Part shown: piece after piece, positions 62,568 to 64,000 of the stretch
Position numbering within the stretch: position 1 is the first letter of the stretch
Layout: each line of letters opens with the position of its first letter
Assembly: GCF_963921235.1 (NCBI RefSeq)
Contig: NC_086097.1
Span: 82,338,001-82,402,000, forward strand
DNA length: 64,000 bases
Direction of reading: 5' to 3'
Source of the DNA: Mobula hypostoma
Taxonomy: Eukaryota
Notes under the pieces: generated by a model
Told to the model about the DNA's origin: nothing
Databases searched by the model: none
The model's input: the letters and a program-made list of their open reading frames with translations, nothing else
Program-made: the position numbers and the translations under genes

Positions 62568-63684
62568 CAGGGGTCCCCAACCTTTTTCGCACCGCGGACC
62601 GGTTTCATATTGACAATATTCTTGTGGACCGGCTGACCGGGTGGGGGTGGGGGGTGAGACTACAATGACCATGAAGCCTTGCGCAGGCACCAGTGCGCAT
62701 GCATGTACGTGCCGACTTTTTTCTACAAATCGTTTTTGGCGATTCTGATCAGGGCGGGGTATTAATCACGAACGCAATATAGGTGATAAGTGGCTAATAC
62801 ACTTAATTTCGTTTCTAAAAGGGTTTATCTAACGAATTTAATATTAAACGCACAGTGCATATTTTCCTCGCATGAATATAGTGATAAGTCAATTATCAGT
62901 GGAGTTGAAGTAAGTGTTGAACGAACTTCCAGTAGAAGTGGTGGAGGCAGGTTCGATATTATTATTTAAAGAAAAATTGGACAGCTATATGGGCAGGAAA
63001 GGAATGGAGGGTTATGGGCTGAGTGCAGGTCGGTGGGACTAGGTGCGAGTAGTGTTCGGCACGGACTAGAAGGGCCAAGATCACCTGTTTCCGTGCTGTA
63101 ATTGTTATATAGTTATATAAGTCAATAGCATCATAACATTGTAAGTAACATTTGGATATTAAACACACAGCACATATTTTCCCCGTATGAACATATAAAA
63201 TCATTGCAACACACCAATATCGCTGAATCAGTGGGAGCCCTGGGCTAGTTTCCCTGCAACAAGACGGTCCTATCGAGGGGTGATGGGAGACAGTGATACT
63301 CGAATGGGGTTCCTTATGTCCTGTCTATTCCGCAATTTAGTTTTCGTTGCATTCCTTGAAGAGATATGTTGGAAATGGAAGCAACGTTTTCAATGCTTTC
63401 GGGGCTATCTCAGGATATTTAGCCTTGACTTTGATCCAGAATGCCGGCAGAGATGTTATGTCAAACATGCTTTTCAGCCCGCCATCATTTGCAAGCTCGA
63501 GGAGTTGATCTCCTTCCCGCGCTGACATGGATGACGCGTGAGTAATGACCTCGCGTGTGTTCAAGCTCAACAGTGGGCGTGACAGGGAATGAGGAAAAGT
63601 GCAGCTGACTCATATCACCAAATCATATCGTTTCCTCGCGGCCCGGTAGCACATGCTTTGCGGCCCGGTGGTTGGGGACCACTG
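62568..63684 (-). mobile_element. hAT-Charlie (MER1-like ends) non-autonomous transposon
   Basis: TIRs CAG(G/T)GGTCCCCAACC; perfect 8-bp TSD CCCTACAA; minus transposase C-terminus DQLLELANDGGLKSMF..SLPAFWIKVKAKYPEIAPKALKTLLPFPTYL. Confidence 0.93.
62894..63116 (+). mobile_element. CR1 3' end nested within the hAT
   Basis: Matches 13340-13540 (GAACGAACTTCCAG...GTAATTGTTATAT); flanked by ATAAGTCAAT duplication. Confidence 0.88.
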
Positions 63685-64000
63685 CCCTACAAGACCAGGG
63701 TGAGCTGCCTTAATTACTATGAAACAGTAGCAGTCACATCTACAATGATGAAGTACTTCGAGAGGTTGGTTATGGCTAGAATTAGCACCTGTCTCAGCAA
63801 GGACTTGGACCACCTGCAATTTGCCTACCATCACAATAAGTCTACAGTGGATGCGGTCTAATTGGCTCTTCCTAAGGCCTTGGATCACCTGGACAGTTCT
63901 AATATTTATATTAAGCTGCTGTTTATTGACTACAGCACAGCATTTATTACAATTGTTCCTACAGGTCTGATCAAAAAGCTCCAAAATCTGCAACTCCATA

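Larger units (their letters stand above)
61110..64000 (+). mobile_element. Decayed Rex1/Babar LINE (APE to RT), runs off the window
   Basis: LPTMLLAKVRPLVNKIDDL, CFTEPW, ILGDFN, KSNHL, LQFAY, LLFIDYSTAF. Confidence 0.9.

Overview
Vertebrate non-coding, repeat-dominated DNA, probably intergenic or intronic. The source is inferred to be a cartilaginous fish (ray/shark), from V-domain tRNA SINEs and CR1 tails of the HE1/HER1 type. I could not recognise any host protein-coding gene. Much of the window is transposable elements: Rex1/Babar-type LINEs (one with an uninterrupted ~700-codon RT ORF at 5555-7665), CR1 LINEs (one near full length with an ORF1 esterase), Penelope-like element (PLE) fragments, a decayed Gypsy provirus, two solo LTRs, and Tc1, Harbinger and hAT derivatives, often nested. 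The most notable signal is a set of minimal type I hammerhead ribozyme motifs in the PLE terminal repeats, with an intact copy at 30918-30955 (-). Several sit in tiny hairpin-shaped, TSD-flanked insertions. Other highlights: TSD-flanked bipartite (5'+3' fused) non-autonomous Rex and RTE derivatives, a minisatellite grown from a PLE coding segment, a hAT carrying CR1 cargo, and several local duplications or templated insertions. Family names come from motif recognition, not database searches.
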